From NCBI GenBank assembly GCA_977020255.1, contig CDROCS010000666.1, forward strand, positions 124,001 to 188,000: a stretch of 64,000 nt of DNA. The letters run 5' to 3'. Positions 29,245 to 39,181 of this stretch are shown here, one piece after another. Under the pieces are notes generated by a model that was not told the DNA's origin, ran no database searches, and worked only from the letters and a program-made list of their open reading frames with translations. Position 1 is the stretch's first letter, and every line of letters begins with the position of its first letter. Position numbers and translations under genes: made by a program. Source of the DNA: Obrimoposthia wandeli (Eukaryota).

Positions 29245-30258
29245 ATGCCAATTACGACAAGTGGATTGACTACGCTATTTCAACAAAGCACTAAATATAT
29301 AAAGCAATTAATGAATAAACCTAAAAAAGCAGTTCAAGGGGTGCTTTTTATTACGGGGTTAATGGCACTTGTAGCCTGTGGCGGAGAGAAAGCTGACAGT
29401 AATGTGACTCGAATTGGTGTTGCTATACCGAACTTTGATGACACATTCTTGGTGAATATGAAAGATTCGATGAGTGCTTATGCAGAAAAGCAAGACAACC
29501 TCGAACTCATTTTTGTTGATGCTAAAGAAGATACTGTAAAGCAGCTTGGTCAAATTCAAAATTTCATTATTCAACAAGTTGACGGCATTATTCTTGTTCC
29601 AGTAAACACCGATGCAACACAACCTATGACAGATGACATTTTAAAAGCTGGCATTGAACTTGTTTACTTAAATCGCCGCCCTACCTACCTTCCTGATGGC
29701 GTTGCGTACGTGGGTTCTGAAGAACTTCGATTTGGTGAAGAACAAGCGAAATACGCAGCAAAGCACACCGAAGGCGGTAACATCGGCATTATCATGGGTA
29801 TGATGACGGTTGAAGCGGCAATTTTACGTACACAAGGTGTGGAAGATTTCTTCAAAGAAAAGCCTGAATACAACATTATTCGTAAGCAAACCGCTTTATG
29901 GCAGCGTTCTCAAGGAATGGTTGTTATGGAGAACTGGATCAACTCTGGTGACAAGCTAGATATTATTATTTCGAACAATGATGATATGGCATTAGGTGCG
30001 ATTCAGGCATTACGTGCTGCAGGTAAACTTGACGATACTATCGTCATTGGTGTTGATGCAACCCCTGATGGTTTAATGGCGATCAAAAATGGCGCACTCG
30101 ACGCGACAGTATTCCAAGATGGTCGTAGCCAAGCTCATGGCGCAATTGATGCGGCACTTAGCGGCATTAACAAAACCCCTCGCGACAAAATAACGTGGAT
30201 TCCTGCTGAACTCGTTACTAAGGATAACCTAGCTGAATTTGAAGCTAAGCAAGGTTAA
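29245..30258 (+). CDS. Sugar (inositol) ABC transporter substrate-binding protein, RbsB-like
   Basis: Peripla_BP features FVDAKED, VDGIILVPV, SNNDDMALGAI, GVDAT, ATVFQD; lipobox-like LVAC; start may be downstream (MNKPKK). Confidence 0.9.
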   Translation: MPITTSGLTTLFQQSTKYIKQLMNKPKKAVQGVLFITGLMALVACGGEKADSNVTRIGVAIPNFDDTFLVNMKDSMSAYAEKQDNLELIFVDAKEDTVKQLGQIQNFIIQQVDGIILVPVNTDATQPMTDDILKAGIELVYLNRRPTYLPDGVAYVGSEELRFGEEQAKYAAKHTEGGNIGIIMGMMTVEAAILRTQGVEDFFKEKPEYNIIRKQTALWQRSQGMVVMENWINSGDKLDIIISNNDDMALGAIQALRAAGKLDDTIVIGVDATPDGLMAIKNGALDATVFQDGRSQAHGAIDAALSGINKTPRDKITWIPAELVTKDNLAEFEAKQG

Positions 30259-30330
30259 TTATCCCTCGTACTGACATGTTCTATGTGCCTGAACGTTGGC
30301 ACATAGAACAACCTAATTGGAGCAGAAAGC

Positions 30331-31824
30331 ATGAACCAAGTTTTATTAGAAATGCGTGGTATTACCAAAACATTTCCCGGCGTAAAAGCACTCGATAATG
30401 TGCAATTAACGTTAAAAAAAGGTCGCGTAATGGCTTTAATGGGAGAAAATGGTGCGGGTAAATCCACCCTAATGAAAGTGCTGTTTGGTATTTATCAACG
30501 CGACTGCGGCACGATTCGTTATCAAGGAGAACAGGTTAATTATAGTGGTGCTAAAGAAGCACTAGAAGCTGGGATTTCAATGATCCACCAAGAACTATCC
30601 CCTATTCTTCACCGCAGTATTGCTGAAAATATTTGGTTAGGGCGTGAACCGCTTAAAGGCCCACTACGTCTTATCGACCACGCTAAAATGTACCGTGATA
30701 CAACTGAACTCTTAAAAAAATTAGATTTGCACCTCGACCCACGTACGCCAATGAGCGAACTCACCGTCGCGACAATGCAAATGATCGAGATATCTAAAGC
30801 AATTTCCTACAATTCAAAAATTATTATTATGGATGAACCCACCTCTGCTTTAACCGGTAAAGAAGTGGATCATCTATTTGAAATCATCGAAAAATTAAAG
30901 AAACAAGGCGTATCCATTGTTTACATTAGCCATAAAATGGATGAAATTTTCCGCATCTGTGACGATATAACAGTATTTCGTGATGGGTGTTACATCGGCG
31001 AACGTGAAGCGCAAAGCACCAATCACGAAGAACTTGTTCAGATGATGGTTGGCCGTGATTTAGGCGATGTATTTCCGCCTCCTACAGCAAAACCTGGAAA
31101 AGTACGTCTTGAAGTAAAAAATCTGAGTGTTAACGGGGTATTTGACAACATTAGCTTCAAGCTGCATGAAGGTGAAATTCTAGGTATTGCAGGGCTTGTC
31201 GGTGCTGGACGTACCGAACTTATCGAAACCTTATTTGGGGTAAGAAAGCACGATGTAGGTGAAATTTGGATTAACGGTGAAAATGTCGAAATCAAAACAC
31301 CTCAAGATGCAATTAGTCATAAAATGGCCTTTTTAACTGAAGATCGACGCCAATCGGGTCTTTATTTGATGCTCGATATCTTTGCGAATACCTCTATTGC
31401 TCATCTTGATGCTTACCGTAACAAAGTTGTGAACGTGCTTGATGTACGTTCAATGCAAAAAGATTGTGCTAGCCAGTGCACCAAATTAAAAGTCAAAACA
31501 CCGGGTATGGCAGAAAAAATTGATAACCTCAGCGGCGGTAATCAACAAAAGGTTCTTCTTGCACGTTGGATGCTAACCAAACCAGACATCCTCTTTTTAG
31601 ACGAACCAACGCGCGGTATTGATATCGGCGCGAAATCAGAAATTTATAAACTAATGCGATTACTCACAGGTATGGGCAAAAGCTTGGTCATGATCTCGTC
31701 TGAACTGCCTGAAGTGATAGGAATGAGCGACCGAATACTGGTCATGCATGGAGGCAAACTGAAGGGTGAACTTGACGGTAAAGAAGCCTCTCAGCAACAA
31801 GTAATGTCAATGGCTTTCAACTAA
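30331..31824 (+). CDS. Sugar ABC transporter ATPase (RbsA/MglA-like, two NBDs)
   Basis: GENGAGKST Walker A, MDEPT, LSGGNQQK, LDEPTRGID. Confidence 0.95.
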   Translation: MNQVLLEMRGITKTFPGVKALDNVQLTLKKGRVMALMGENGAGKSTLMKVLFGIYQRDCGTIRYQGEQVNYSGAKEALEAGISMIHQELSPILHRSIAENIWLGREPLKGPLRLIDHAKMYRDTTELLKKLDLHLDPRTPMSELTVATMQMIEISKAISYNSKIIIMDEPTSALTGKEVDHLFEIIEKLKKQGVSIVYISHKMDEIFRICDDITVFRDGCYIGEREAQSTNHEELVQMMVGRDLGDVFPPPTAKPGKVRLEVKNLSVNGVFDNISFKLHEGEILGIAGLVGAGRTELIETLFGVRKHDVGEIWINGENVEIKTPQDAISHKMAFLTEDRRQSGLYLMLDIFANTSIAHLDAYRNKVVNVLDVRSMQKDCASQCTKLKVKTPGMAEKIDNLSGGNQQKVLLARWMLTKPDILFLDEPTRGIDIGAKSEIYKLMRLLTGMGKSLVMISSELPEVIGMSDRILVMHGGKLKGELDGKEASQQQVMSMAFN

Positions 31825-31868
31825 CGCCACCACATTAGCTAAACCAAAACGAATCAAGGAATGTAGTT

Positions 31869-32885
31869 ATGCTAGCTAAACTTCTTCAAGCCACTTCAGA
31901 TCAACCGAAGGGCGCAAATACAAAACGCTTCATATCCAAATACGCTATCTATTTTGTCTTTATCGCAATGTGTATTGTGATGAGTATTTTGTCTCCTGTT
32001 TTCTTAACAGTAGCCAACCTACTTAACGTAATGACACAAATGGCAAGTATTGGTCTGCTGGCGCTTGGCGTTACCATTATCATTATTACACGAGGTATCG
32101 ATCTTTCTTCTGGCTCAGTTCTCGCTGTTGCGGCCGTTGTATCTGCAAGTACTGCCCAATCACTTGATTGGGGTATGAGAATGTACCCTAATCTACCAGA
32201 GCTACCTGTTATCGTACCAATTTTAGTGGCACTCGCCGTTGGTGCATTATGTGGTTTGATAAACGGTGCGCTTATTGCTTATACGGGTATCCCTCCTTTC
32301 ATTGCAACACTGGGTATGATGATTATCGCTCGTGGTGCAGCACTACTGTATTCAGATGGTCGCCCAGTCAGTAGTCTAATCGAGTCATACCAGTGGATTG
32401 GTCAAGGAACGATAGCGGGGATCCCCGTGCCTGTGGTGATATTTTTGGTGATGGCATTCATTACGTACATTTTGCTTAATTACACTCGATTTGGTAAATA
32501 CGCCTACGCCATTGGTGGTAACGAAACAGCCGCATATGTATCTGGTATTAACGTGACCAAATACAAGATTCTTGTCTATGTATATGCCGGTTTACTTGCA
32601 GGTATTGCCGCATTGATTCTAACTGCACGTATTAACTCGGGTCAGCCAGGCCTTGGTGTAATGTACGAACTTGATGCCATCGCATCTGCAACCGTTGGTG
32701 GTGTGAGCCATGCCGGTGGTATCGGCACAATTCAGGGCACCATTGTCGGCGTTATGATCATGGGTGTGCTGCAAAATGGTTTGGATTTGTTGAATGTCTC
32801 GGCCTATTGGCAGCAAGTCGTAAAAGGTTTAGTCATTATTGTTGCTGTTATTTTCGATATGAAACGACAGAAAAAGAGTAAATAA
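31869..32885 (+). CDS. Sugar ABC transporter permease (RbsC-like)
   Basis: [35 protein letters not shown]. Confidence 0.95.
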   Translation: MLAKLLQATSDQPKGANTKRFISKYAIYFVFIAMCIVMSILSPVFLTVANLLNVMTQMASIGLLALGVTIIIITRGIDLSSGSVLAVAAVVSASTAQSLDWGMRMYPNLPELPVIVPILVALAVGALCGLINGALIAYTGIPPFIATLGMMIIARGAALLYSDGRPVSSLIESYQWIGQGTIAGIPVPVVIFLVMAFITYILLNYTRFGKYAYAIGGNETAAYVSGINVTKYKILVYVYAGLLAGIAALILTARINSGQPGLGVMYELDAIASATVGGVSHAGGIGTIQGTIVGVMIMGVLQNGLDLLNVSAYWQQVVKGLVIIVAVIFDMKRQKKSK

Positions 32886-33005
32886 CCCCCGTAATATTTA
32901 CTCTTAAACAAAGTTGTAACTGTAGGAAACTTTGCCACGGACTCTTTAATCCGTGGCCTTTTTTTAGTTTGAACCACCTCTGTATATCTTTCTTCACTGT
33001 CAAAC

Positions 33006-33063
33006 TGAAACATATATTCCAATCAGACATAATTTCGTCGTACATTTTGAAATTTTCATTTCA
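33006..33063. promoter_or_regulatory. Two putative IolR operators (autoregulation)
   Basis: TGAAA-CATATA-TTCCA (33006) and TGAAA-TTTTCA-TTTCA (33048) upstream of iolR. Confidence 0.6.
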
Positions 33064-33113
33064 TTATCATATAATTGCCAAACTTATAAAGCGTTAACGA
33101 CAGGAAGCTAAAA

Positions 33114-33947
33114 ATGTCTGCAGCTACCACGCTATCTGAATTAGAAGAGCAAATTCGTAATCGATATAACGAATTAAGCAAACGGCTGCAACAAGTCGCC
33201 GCGTATGTATTAGAGAGCCATAACAGTATCGCTTTCGATACGGTTGCCGTTATTGCTGAACAAGCACAAGTACCCCCTTCGACACTCATCCGCTTTGCTA
33301 ATGCCTTTGACTTCAATGGCTTTAATGAAATGAAACAACTGTTTCGTCGTAATTTAGTCGAAGAAACCACCAGCTACACTGACCGCGCACGCTTATTTAA
33401 AGAGTTAGACGGTGCGTCGCCACCGCCTGAAAACCCAATTGATATACTGCAAGACTTTGCCCGAGCAAATAGCCAAGCCATGGAGCAGTTAGCCACTCAA
33501 ACATCGGCCGACAAACTGAATCAAGCGGTCGAGTTAATTGCTAACGCCGACAATATCTACCTGATTGGCCTACGTCGTTCGTTTAGCATTGCATCGTACT
33601 TAACCTATGCATTACGCCATTTAGAGCGCCGCGCTTTTTTAATTGATGGATTAGGTGGGATGTTTCAAGAACAACTCAGTATGGTGGGGCCCAAAGATAT
33701 TGTTATCTCTATCAGCTTCTCACCCTACGCTGAGGAAACCGTGAAATTAAGCGAGATAGTGAGCAAGGCAGGGGCGAAGCAGCTTGTGATTACAGACAGC
33801 CAATTAAGCCCATTAGCAGCCTTTAGCGACGTCTGTTTCGTGGTGAAAGAAGCAAAAGTGGATGCATTCCGATCGCAATCAGCATCGTTCTGCCTTGCAC
33901 AAACATTAGCGGTATCGCTGGCGTTTAAAACCGAAAACGATCAATAA
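33114..33947 (+). CDS. iolR: MurR/RpiR family regulator (set 1)
   Basis: LSKRLQQVA, PPSTLIRFA HTH; SIS domain GLRRSF, SFSPYA, ITDSQLSPLA; inside iol cluster. Confidence 0.88.
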   Translation: MSAATTLSELEEQIRNRYNELSKRLQQVAAYVLESHNSIAFDTVAVIAEQAQVPPSTLIRFANAFDFNGFNEMKQLFRRNLVEETTSYTDRARLFKELDGASPPPENPIDILQDFARANSQAMEQLATQTSADKLNQAVELIANADNIYLIGLRRSFSIASYLTYALRHLERRAFLIDGLGGMFQEQLSMVGPKDIVISISFSPYAEETVKLSEIVSKAGAKQLVITDSQLSPLAAFSDVCFVVKEAKVDAFRSQSASFCLAQTLAVSLAFKTENDQ

Positions 33948-33978
33948 AAACTGACTAGCATTGCACTGTTAATTCCAT

Positions 33979-34011
33979 AAAAAACGCCCCACAATATGTG
34001 AGGCGTTTTTT
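33979..34011. terminator. Bidirectional terminator
   Basis: AAAAAACGCC..CACA-ATA-TGTG..GGCGTTTTTT between convergent iolR and iolG. Confidence 0.85.
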
Positions 34012-34072
34012 ATGTATAAATGATTTTATTGGTAAGCCCTATCAGCCTTTCGAAAAACAAGGTATTAGATCG

Positions 34073-35059
34073 TTAAAGGATCACTGTTTTTCCTGATTTC
34101 ATTGACTCTAAAGCTGCTTCAGCCAGCACCAAGGCAAACTCACCATCAGTACCACTACATTCAGGCTTGCAACGACCCGCTAAAACATCTGCAAAATGCT
34201 GCCATTCAGCGATATACGCATCTTGATAGCGCTCTAAAAAGAAAGGTTGCGGTTTAGCGCTGGTACAACCAACATCACCCCAATGCTGTACCAAGTTTTC
34301 TTTCATGTTGCCTGCTTGTAATAAGCCTTTTTCACCGTGAAGCTCTAGACGTTGATCATAACCGTAACCTGATCGACGGCTGTTTATGATGGTCGCCATC
34401 ACCCCTGATGGGAACTGTAATACTAATACTGCGGTATCAATATCGCCGGCTTTACCAATCGCAGGATCAACCATGCAGCTGCCGTGCGCCGTGATCGACA
34501 CAGGATCTTCACCAATAATGAAACGTGCCATATCCAGATCATGAACCGTCATGTCGCGAAACATTCCACCCGAAACTTGGCTGTACTCTGCTGGCGGTGG
34601 CGAAGGATCACGAGAGGTAATTAAAAGCGATTCTGCGTTACCAATCGTGCCTGCACCTAGCTGTTCTTTTAGCTGACGAAATTGTGGATCATAACGGCGG
34701 TTAAACCCAACTAGCATTGGTACATTGTATTTTTCAACAACGGCTAAGCAATCTCTTACTCGGCTCAACTCAAGATCAATCGGCTTTTCACAGAAGATCG
34801 CCTTACCGTTGATGGCAGCAAGTTCGATTAAATTAGCATGTGTATCTGTTGCTGAACCAATGCAAACACCGTGTACGTTTGGATCGGCCATTGCTTCTTC
34901 AACAGTCTGAATTTTTGCCTGATAGCTATCAACTAACTTTTGTGCCCCTTCCAAATAAGGGTCAATCACTGAGTACAAGTTTGTTTCTGGGTGATTGTTA
35001 ATATTGACAGCGTGAACCTGTCCAATTCTACCGGCACCAAACAAAGCGATATTAAACAT
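34073..35059 (-). CDS. iolG: Inositol 2-dehydrogenase
   Basis: FGAGRIGQVH, CEKPID, GFNRRYDP, SRDPSPPP, DMTVHDLD, YGYDQR. Confidence 0.92.
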   Translation of the reverse strand: MFNIALFGAGRIGQVHAVNINNHPETNLYSVIDPYLEGAQKLVDSYQAKIQTVEEAMADPNVHGVCIGSATDTHANLIELAAINGKAIFCEKPIDLELSRVRDCLAVVEKYNVPMLVGFNRRYDPQFRQLKEQLGAGTIGNAESLLITSRDPSPPPAEYSQVSGGMFRDMTVHDLDMARFIIGEDPVSITAHGSCMVDPAIGKAGDIDTAVLVLQFPSGVMATIINSRRSGYGYDQRLELHGEKGLLQAGNMKENLVQHWGDVGCTSAKPQPFFLERYQDAYIAEWQHFADVLAGRCKPECSGTDGEFALVLAEAALESMKSGKTVIL

Positions 35060-35176
35060 GCCTAACTCCTTAGCAACATTAAGTATTTATACCAATCTAA
35101 ATAAGTATTTGTTCATATTGGTATTACGTTATAGAAAAATTGTTTTTTGAAGACATAACTCGAGCCAAACGCGATA

Positions 35177-36007
35177 TTAACGATTAACATGCTTTTTTGC
35201 GTAATCGTCTGAATTGATCCAATCGTGATCAGGTTCCCAAGTAAATAACCATTTACGTGTTGGCCCTGCCATTACATTGAGGTAATAACTGTCGTACCCT
35301 GCGATTGTCGCAACGGGGTGGTAGCCTTTAGGTACTTGAACAACATCTTTGTTATATACCGCCATGCACTCGTCTAATTCACGGTCGTCGGTATAAACAC
35401 GTTGCAGACAAAATCCTTGTTCAGGATTAAGGCGATGATAATACGTTTCTTCAAGGTAGGTTTCTGAGGGTGCTGCATCTTGATCGTGCTTATGGCTTGG
35501 GTATGAACTTGTGCACCCTTCATCGGTGTAAACTTCTACCACCAGTAAGCTGTCGGCCTCTTTATAATCAGGCAAAATATTGTGTACATAACGTTGATTG
35601 TTACCGTTACCACGGTGTTCGGCATCAATATCGTTCGGGGCAATTAGCCTTGTTGGTAAGCGACCACTTCCTGGTGCTTGGCACACTGCCAACTCAAGTG
35701 CTGTATTGGCGACAACCGTAATCAATTCGCCTGCCGTTACATAGACAGCGTAAGGCTTTTTACGCTCAAAAGGACTCATTCTATCGCCGATATTCTCAAA
35801 ACATGCGCTTGGTGTTGTTACAGAGGCATGCCCAGCAACAAGTACTAAACATACTTCATTAGCGCTTGCTGGTAATTCTAAATGCTGACCTTTTTCTAGC
35901 TCATATACCTCAAAACCAACATACCCCCACCCTGCACTTTCAGGTGTTATCGACTGCGTTCTACCTTGTCGATCAGCCTTTGCATATTTAGATAACAATC
36001 TAGACAT
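35177..36007 (-). CDS. iolB: 5-deoxy-glucuronate isomerase (set 1)
   Basis: ITPESAGWGYVGF, SSYPSHKHD, LEETYYHR, PKGYHPV, YYLNVMAGP. Confidence 0.93.
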   Translation of the reverse strand: MSRLLSKYAKADRQGRTQSITPESAGWGYVGFEVYELEKGQHLELPASANEVCLVLVAGHASVTTPSACFENIGDRMSPFERKKPYAVYVTAGELITVVANTALELAVCQAPGSGRLPTRLIAPNDIDAEHRGNGNNQRYVHNILPDYKEADSLLVVEVYTDEGCTSSYPSHKHDQDAAPSETYLEETYYHRLNPEQGFCLQRVYTDDRELDECMAVYNKDVVQVPKGYHPVATIAGYDSYYLNVMAGPTRKWLFTWEPDHDWINSDDYAKKHVNR

Positions 36008-36053
36008 AACGAAAATTCATCCCTTAAAGCAATTATTCAAACAAGATCAAAAA

Positions 36054-36100
36054 TGAAATTAATCATTCAACGAGGATATTGTAATGAAACAAACATTTCA
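36054..36100. promoter_or_regulatory. Two putative IolR operators upstream of iolB
   Basis: TGAAA-TTAATC-ATTCA (36054) and TGAAA-CAAACA-TTTCA (36085). Confidence 0.6.
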
Positions 36101-36494
36101 ATTTATTTTTAATTTGATGTGAACGTTTTGTGGACAAGGTAACGTGCCGCTAATTTAACAACCTTTTTTCTTAAAATTGGCATATTTATATATTTCTAAA
36201 AATGCATTTACCTAATGAATAATACACACAATGAAATAAGAAGAATAAAATCACCCAAATCTAACCAACATCAAAAAGAGTAAAGTGATAAATTTTTATC
36301 GATTTAAAATAGAGCGCAAGACCTTTAAAAACAAAGATCGAAAGAGAAAAACAAAGAAACTACATAAATATATTTATTTAAAGACCAAGTTAACAGTAAA
36401 AATTTTTCATCAATGTAATTATAGAAAAAGTTCAAATAATAGAACGTTCATAAATAACCTTCCGCCAATTTAAATATCTTTTCAAGGAGCTAAT

Positions 36495-37340
36495 ATGCGT
36501 TATGCATTGCATGGTATGTGTTCACTTCATAACAATATTGTAAGTGACATTCGTTTAGCAAAAGAAACGGGCTATCAGGGATTAGAGATACATACCGATA
36601 AGTTATGGCGATATATTCACGCAGGATTTACCAGCCAAGATCTTAAGGCTCGACTAGAAAAAGTGAATATTACCCCTACAGCCATAGATATTATTGGATC
36701 GGTTGAGGCATCAGATAAAGCAACTCAGCAGAAAGTATTTAAAGAAGTCGAAATACTGTGTGCATTCGCAAAAGACATTGGTGCCCCGACAATTCAGCTA
36801 AACGCCTTTGAAGCACTAAACGGCTTATCGGTTGAAGACAATATTAAAATCACCGCTCAAAATATTCAGCATATTGCAAATATAGGAAAAGAACATGGGA
36901 TCCGCTTTCAGTATGAAGGTGCCGCATGGACACCGATTGCGAAACTCAGCGATTATTTCCGACTTTATGATGCAGTAGGTCGCGATAATTTCGGTTTTGT
37001 TCTCGACACATGGCACTTTTGGGCAAGTCGTGGTGCTTCACCTGAAGACATGGCAAAAATTGATAAGAGTTTAATTTATAACGTTCACCTTTCTGATGGC
37101 AAACGTCCTGCTAGTGGTCAGCCTTGGGTCGATGAGAAAGAACTACGCGGATACATTCTTGGTGAAGGGGATATCCCACTGCAAGAATGGGTAGAGGCAA
37201 TAAAAAGTACAGGTTACGACGGGTTTTATTCGGGTGAATTTCTAAACGATCAGCTATGGGAATCTGACCATTACGATATTGCAGAAGCGATGCTAAATGG
37301 TATGAAAACGTTAGTGGGTTCTCAATCGAAATATAAATAA
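36495..37340 (+). CDS. Sugar phosphate isomerase/epimerase TIM barrel, IolI (inosose isomerase)-like
   Basis: GLEIHTDKL, GRDNFGFVLDTWHF, VHLSD, GEGDIPL, SGEF metal-site pattern; SD AAGGAG. Confidence 0.75.
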   Translation: MRYALHGMCSLHNNIVSDIRLAKETGYQGLEIHTDKLWRYIHAGFTSQDLKARLEKVNITPTAIDIIGSVEASDKATQQKVFKEVEILCAFAKDIGAPTIQLNAFEALNGLSVEDNIKITAQNIQHIANIGKEHGIRFQYEGAAWTPIAKLSDYFRLYDAVGRDNFGFVLDTWHFWASRGASPEDMAKIDKSLIYNVHLSDGKRPASGQPWVDEKELRGYILGEGDIPLQEWVEAIKSTGYDGFYSGEFLNDQLWESDHYDIAEAMLNGMKTLVGSQSKYK

Positions 37341-37361
37341 ACAGGCTTATTTCAATACAAA

Positions 37362-37385
37362 AAAAGCTGACTTCTGTCAGCTTTT
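37362..37385. terminator. Bidirectional terminator
   Basis: AAAAGCTGAC-TTCT-GTCAGCTTTT. Confidence 0.85.
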
Positions 37386-37391
37386 CTATTT

Positions 37392-37423
37392 TTATCTGTT
37401 ATCTGTTATCTGTTATCTGTTAT
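37392..37423. repeat. Heptamer tandem repeat (TTATCTG)x4 + partial
   Basis: Four exact copies 37392-37419, partial fifth overlapping the RpiR2 stop codon. Confidence 0.9.
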
Positions 37424-38262
37424 TTAGTTTCTCGGCACATTAAGCTAACCGCTAATGTTTGCGCTAAATACATTGAACTGCTCAAAGAGCGGAACCCCAT
37501 GACTTCCCCTTCTTGCACTTCAAAGCAAACATCCATTTTACTGCCCTGAGAATTCATTTGATTATCGGTTATCGCAATAATAGGGACGTTTTTTTCAAAT
37601 GCTTGGCTAATCAACTCACTGGTTTCTGGCGCATAAGGTGTAAACGTCACCGTCACTAATACGTCATTTTCGCTCATACGACGTGTCATAGGAGTCAACA
37701 TACCACCATGGTCATCAAGCAACACCACATTGTTGTCTGACTTCATTAATGCATACCAAAGATAGAATGCAACAGGGTAAGCCCTTCTCATGCCTTGGAT
37801 ATAAATCGTATCAGCTTTGTCCATTAACGATACTGCTCGCTCAAGCTTCTGAGGCGAAACGGATACTTGAAGCTGTTCCATTGCTTCAATGTTAGCGACA
37901 CCATAATCTTGAAAAATAGTTGTTGGTGATTCAGGTTCAAAGCATTCTTGATCACGTGCCTGACGAACGCGCTCTTTGTAGTCACGAGGGCGATTTAGGT
38001 ACTGATCGCGAAATAACGCCTGCATCTGACTAAAGCCAGAGAACCCCATCGTATTAGCAAAACGACTCAGAGTAGATAACGGAACATTGGCCTGCTCTGC
38101 TATCGTCGCCATCGTTTCAACCGCAACGAGCATAGGTTGAGCCATAACATAATCAGCAACTTGCTGTAATCGCTGGCTCAACTTATCATAACGCTTAACA
38201 ATCAAATCGCGTAAAGTGTCGAGGTCGTTTGGCACTTCTAATAAAGTATTTTCAGCTTCCAT
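37420..38262 (-). CDS. Second MurR/RpiR regulator (set 2)
   Basis: RYDKLSQRLQQVA, PLSTLSRFA, GMRRAY, TFTPYA, ITD; paralogous to 33114-33947. Confidence 0.9.
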   Translation of the reverse strand: MEAENTLLEVPNDLDTLRDLIVKRYDKLSQRLQQVADYVMAQPMLVAVETMATIAEQANVPLSTLSRFANTMGFSGFSQMQALFRDQYLNRPRDYKERVRQARDQECFEPESPTTIFQDYGVANIEAMEQLQVSVSPQKLERAVSLMDKADTIYIQGMRRAYPVAFYLWYALMKSDNNVVLLDDHGGMLTPMTRRMSENDVLVTVTFTPYAPETSELISQAFEKNVPIIAITDNQMNSQGSKMDVCFEVQEGEVMGFRSLSSSMYLAQTLAVSLMCRETK

Positions 38263-38341
38263 ACCTAACGTTTCTCCTCGGTCGAAAGTATCTAATTAAT
38301 AACAATAATACCCTAAGATGGTATATCTTAGGGTATGTATT

Positions 38342-39169
38342 TTAGGACAATAATTTAAAGTTGCGAATCGCCTCTTCTTTTACAAAAGGCATGGCCTTTT
38401 TCATGAAGTAAATACGGTCAAACTTGTCAGGTTCCTCATTCATAAAGTCGCGTAAATTATGACCTAAAGCCTGTCGTAAACACGTACCGATATTGAATTT
38501 AGACACACGGCTTTTTTTCAGTTTTGCCATGTCTTCATTTCGAATGCCACTTGCACCGTGAATCACTAATGGCTTACTCACTTTACTCGCAATCTGATCG
38601 AGTAGACCAAAATCAATCGTGCTTGTTGGTGTCGTCAAGCGGTGAACGTTACCGACTGAAATAGCGACACAATCGACGTTACTTTCTTCTGCAAAGCGTG
38701 CGGCATCATCAGGAGATGTATCAATTGTTTTAATGTGATCACGCCCTTCTTCGTAAGGGACAGAGCCAATTTCGCCTTCAATCGATGCACCGCAAGCATG
38801 GGCAACTTCAGCCACTTGTTTAGTGCGTGCAATATTGTCTTCAAGCGATAACTGAGAGCCATCAAACATGACAGAACTGAACCCAGCTTTTAAAGCACGA
38901 TAAATAATTTCTTCATCGTAAGTATGATCCAAATGCAGGCAAACGGGTACTGAACTAGCACGAGCTAGTTGCAAAAATATCGCAGCTGCAATTTCAACAC
39001 CGTAGAAATCGACGACGTCTTTGTTACAAGCCAAAATAACCGCTTTGTCCATTTCTTCAGCTGCATCAACGACAGCACGTGCATCTTCATAACCAAAAAC
39101 ATTGAAACAAGGCACAGAATAATCGGATGCTGCAGCCTGAGGTAATAAGTCATTTAAGTTAACTAACAT
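38342..39169 (-). CDS. Class II aldolase (IolJ-like)
   Basis: HLDH, SSVMFDGS, EGEIG, SVGNVH, HGASG, KFNIGT; in iol operon. Confidence 0.88.
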   Translation of the reverse strand: MLVNLNDLLPQAAASDYSVPCFNVFGYEDARAVVDAAEEMDKAVILACNKDVVDFYGVEIAAAIFLQLARASSVPVCLHLDHTYDEEIIYRALKAGFSSVMFDGSQLSLEDNIARTKQVAEVAHACGASIEGEIGSVPYEEGRDHIKTIDTSPDDAARFAEESNVDCVAISVGNVHRLTTPTSTIDFGLLDQIASKVSKPLVIHGASGIRNEDMAKLKKSRVSKFNIGTCLRQALGHNLRDFMNEEPDKFDRIYFMKKAMPFVKEEAIRNFKLLS

Positions 39170-39181
39170 AACGTTTCCTTG

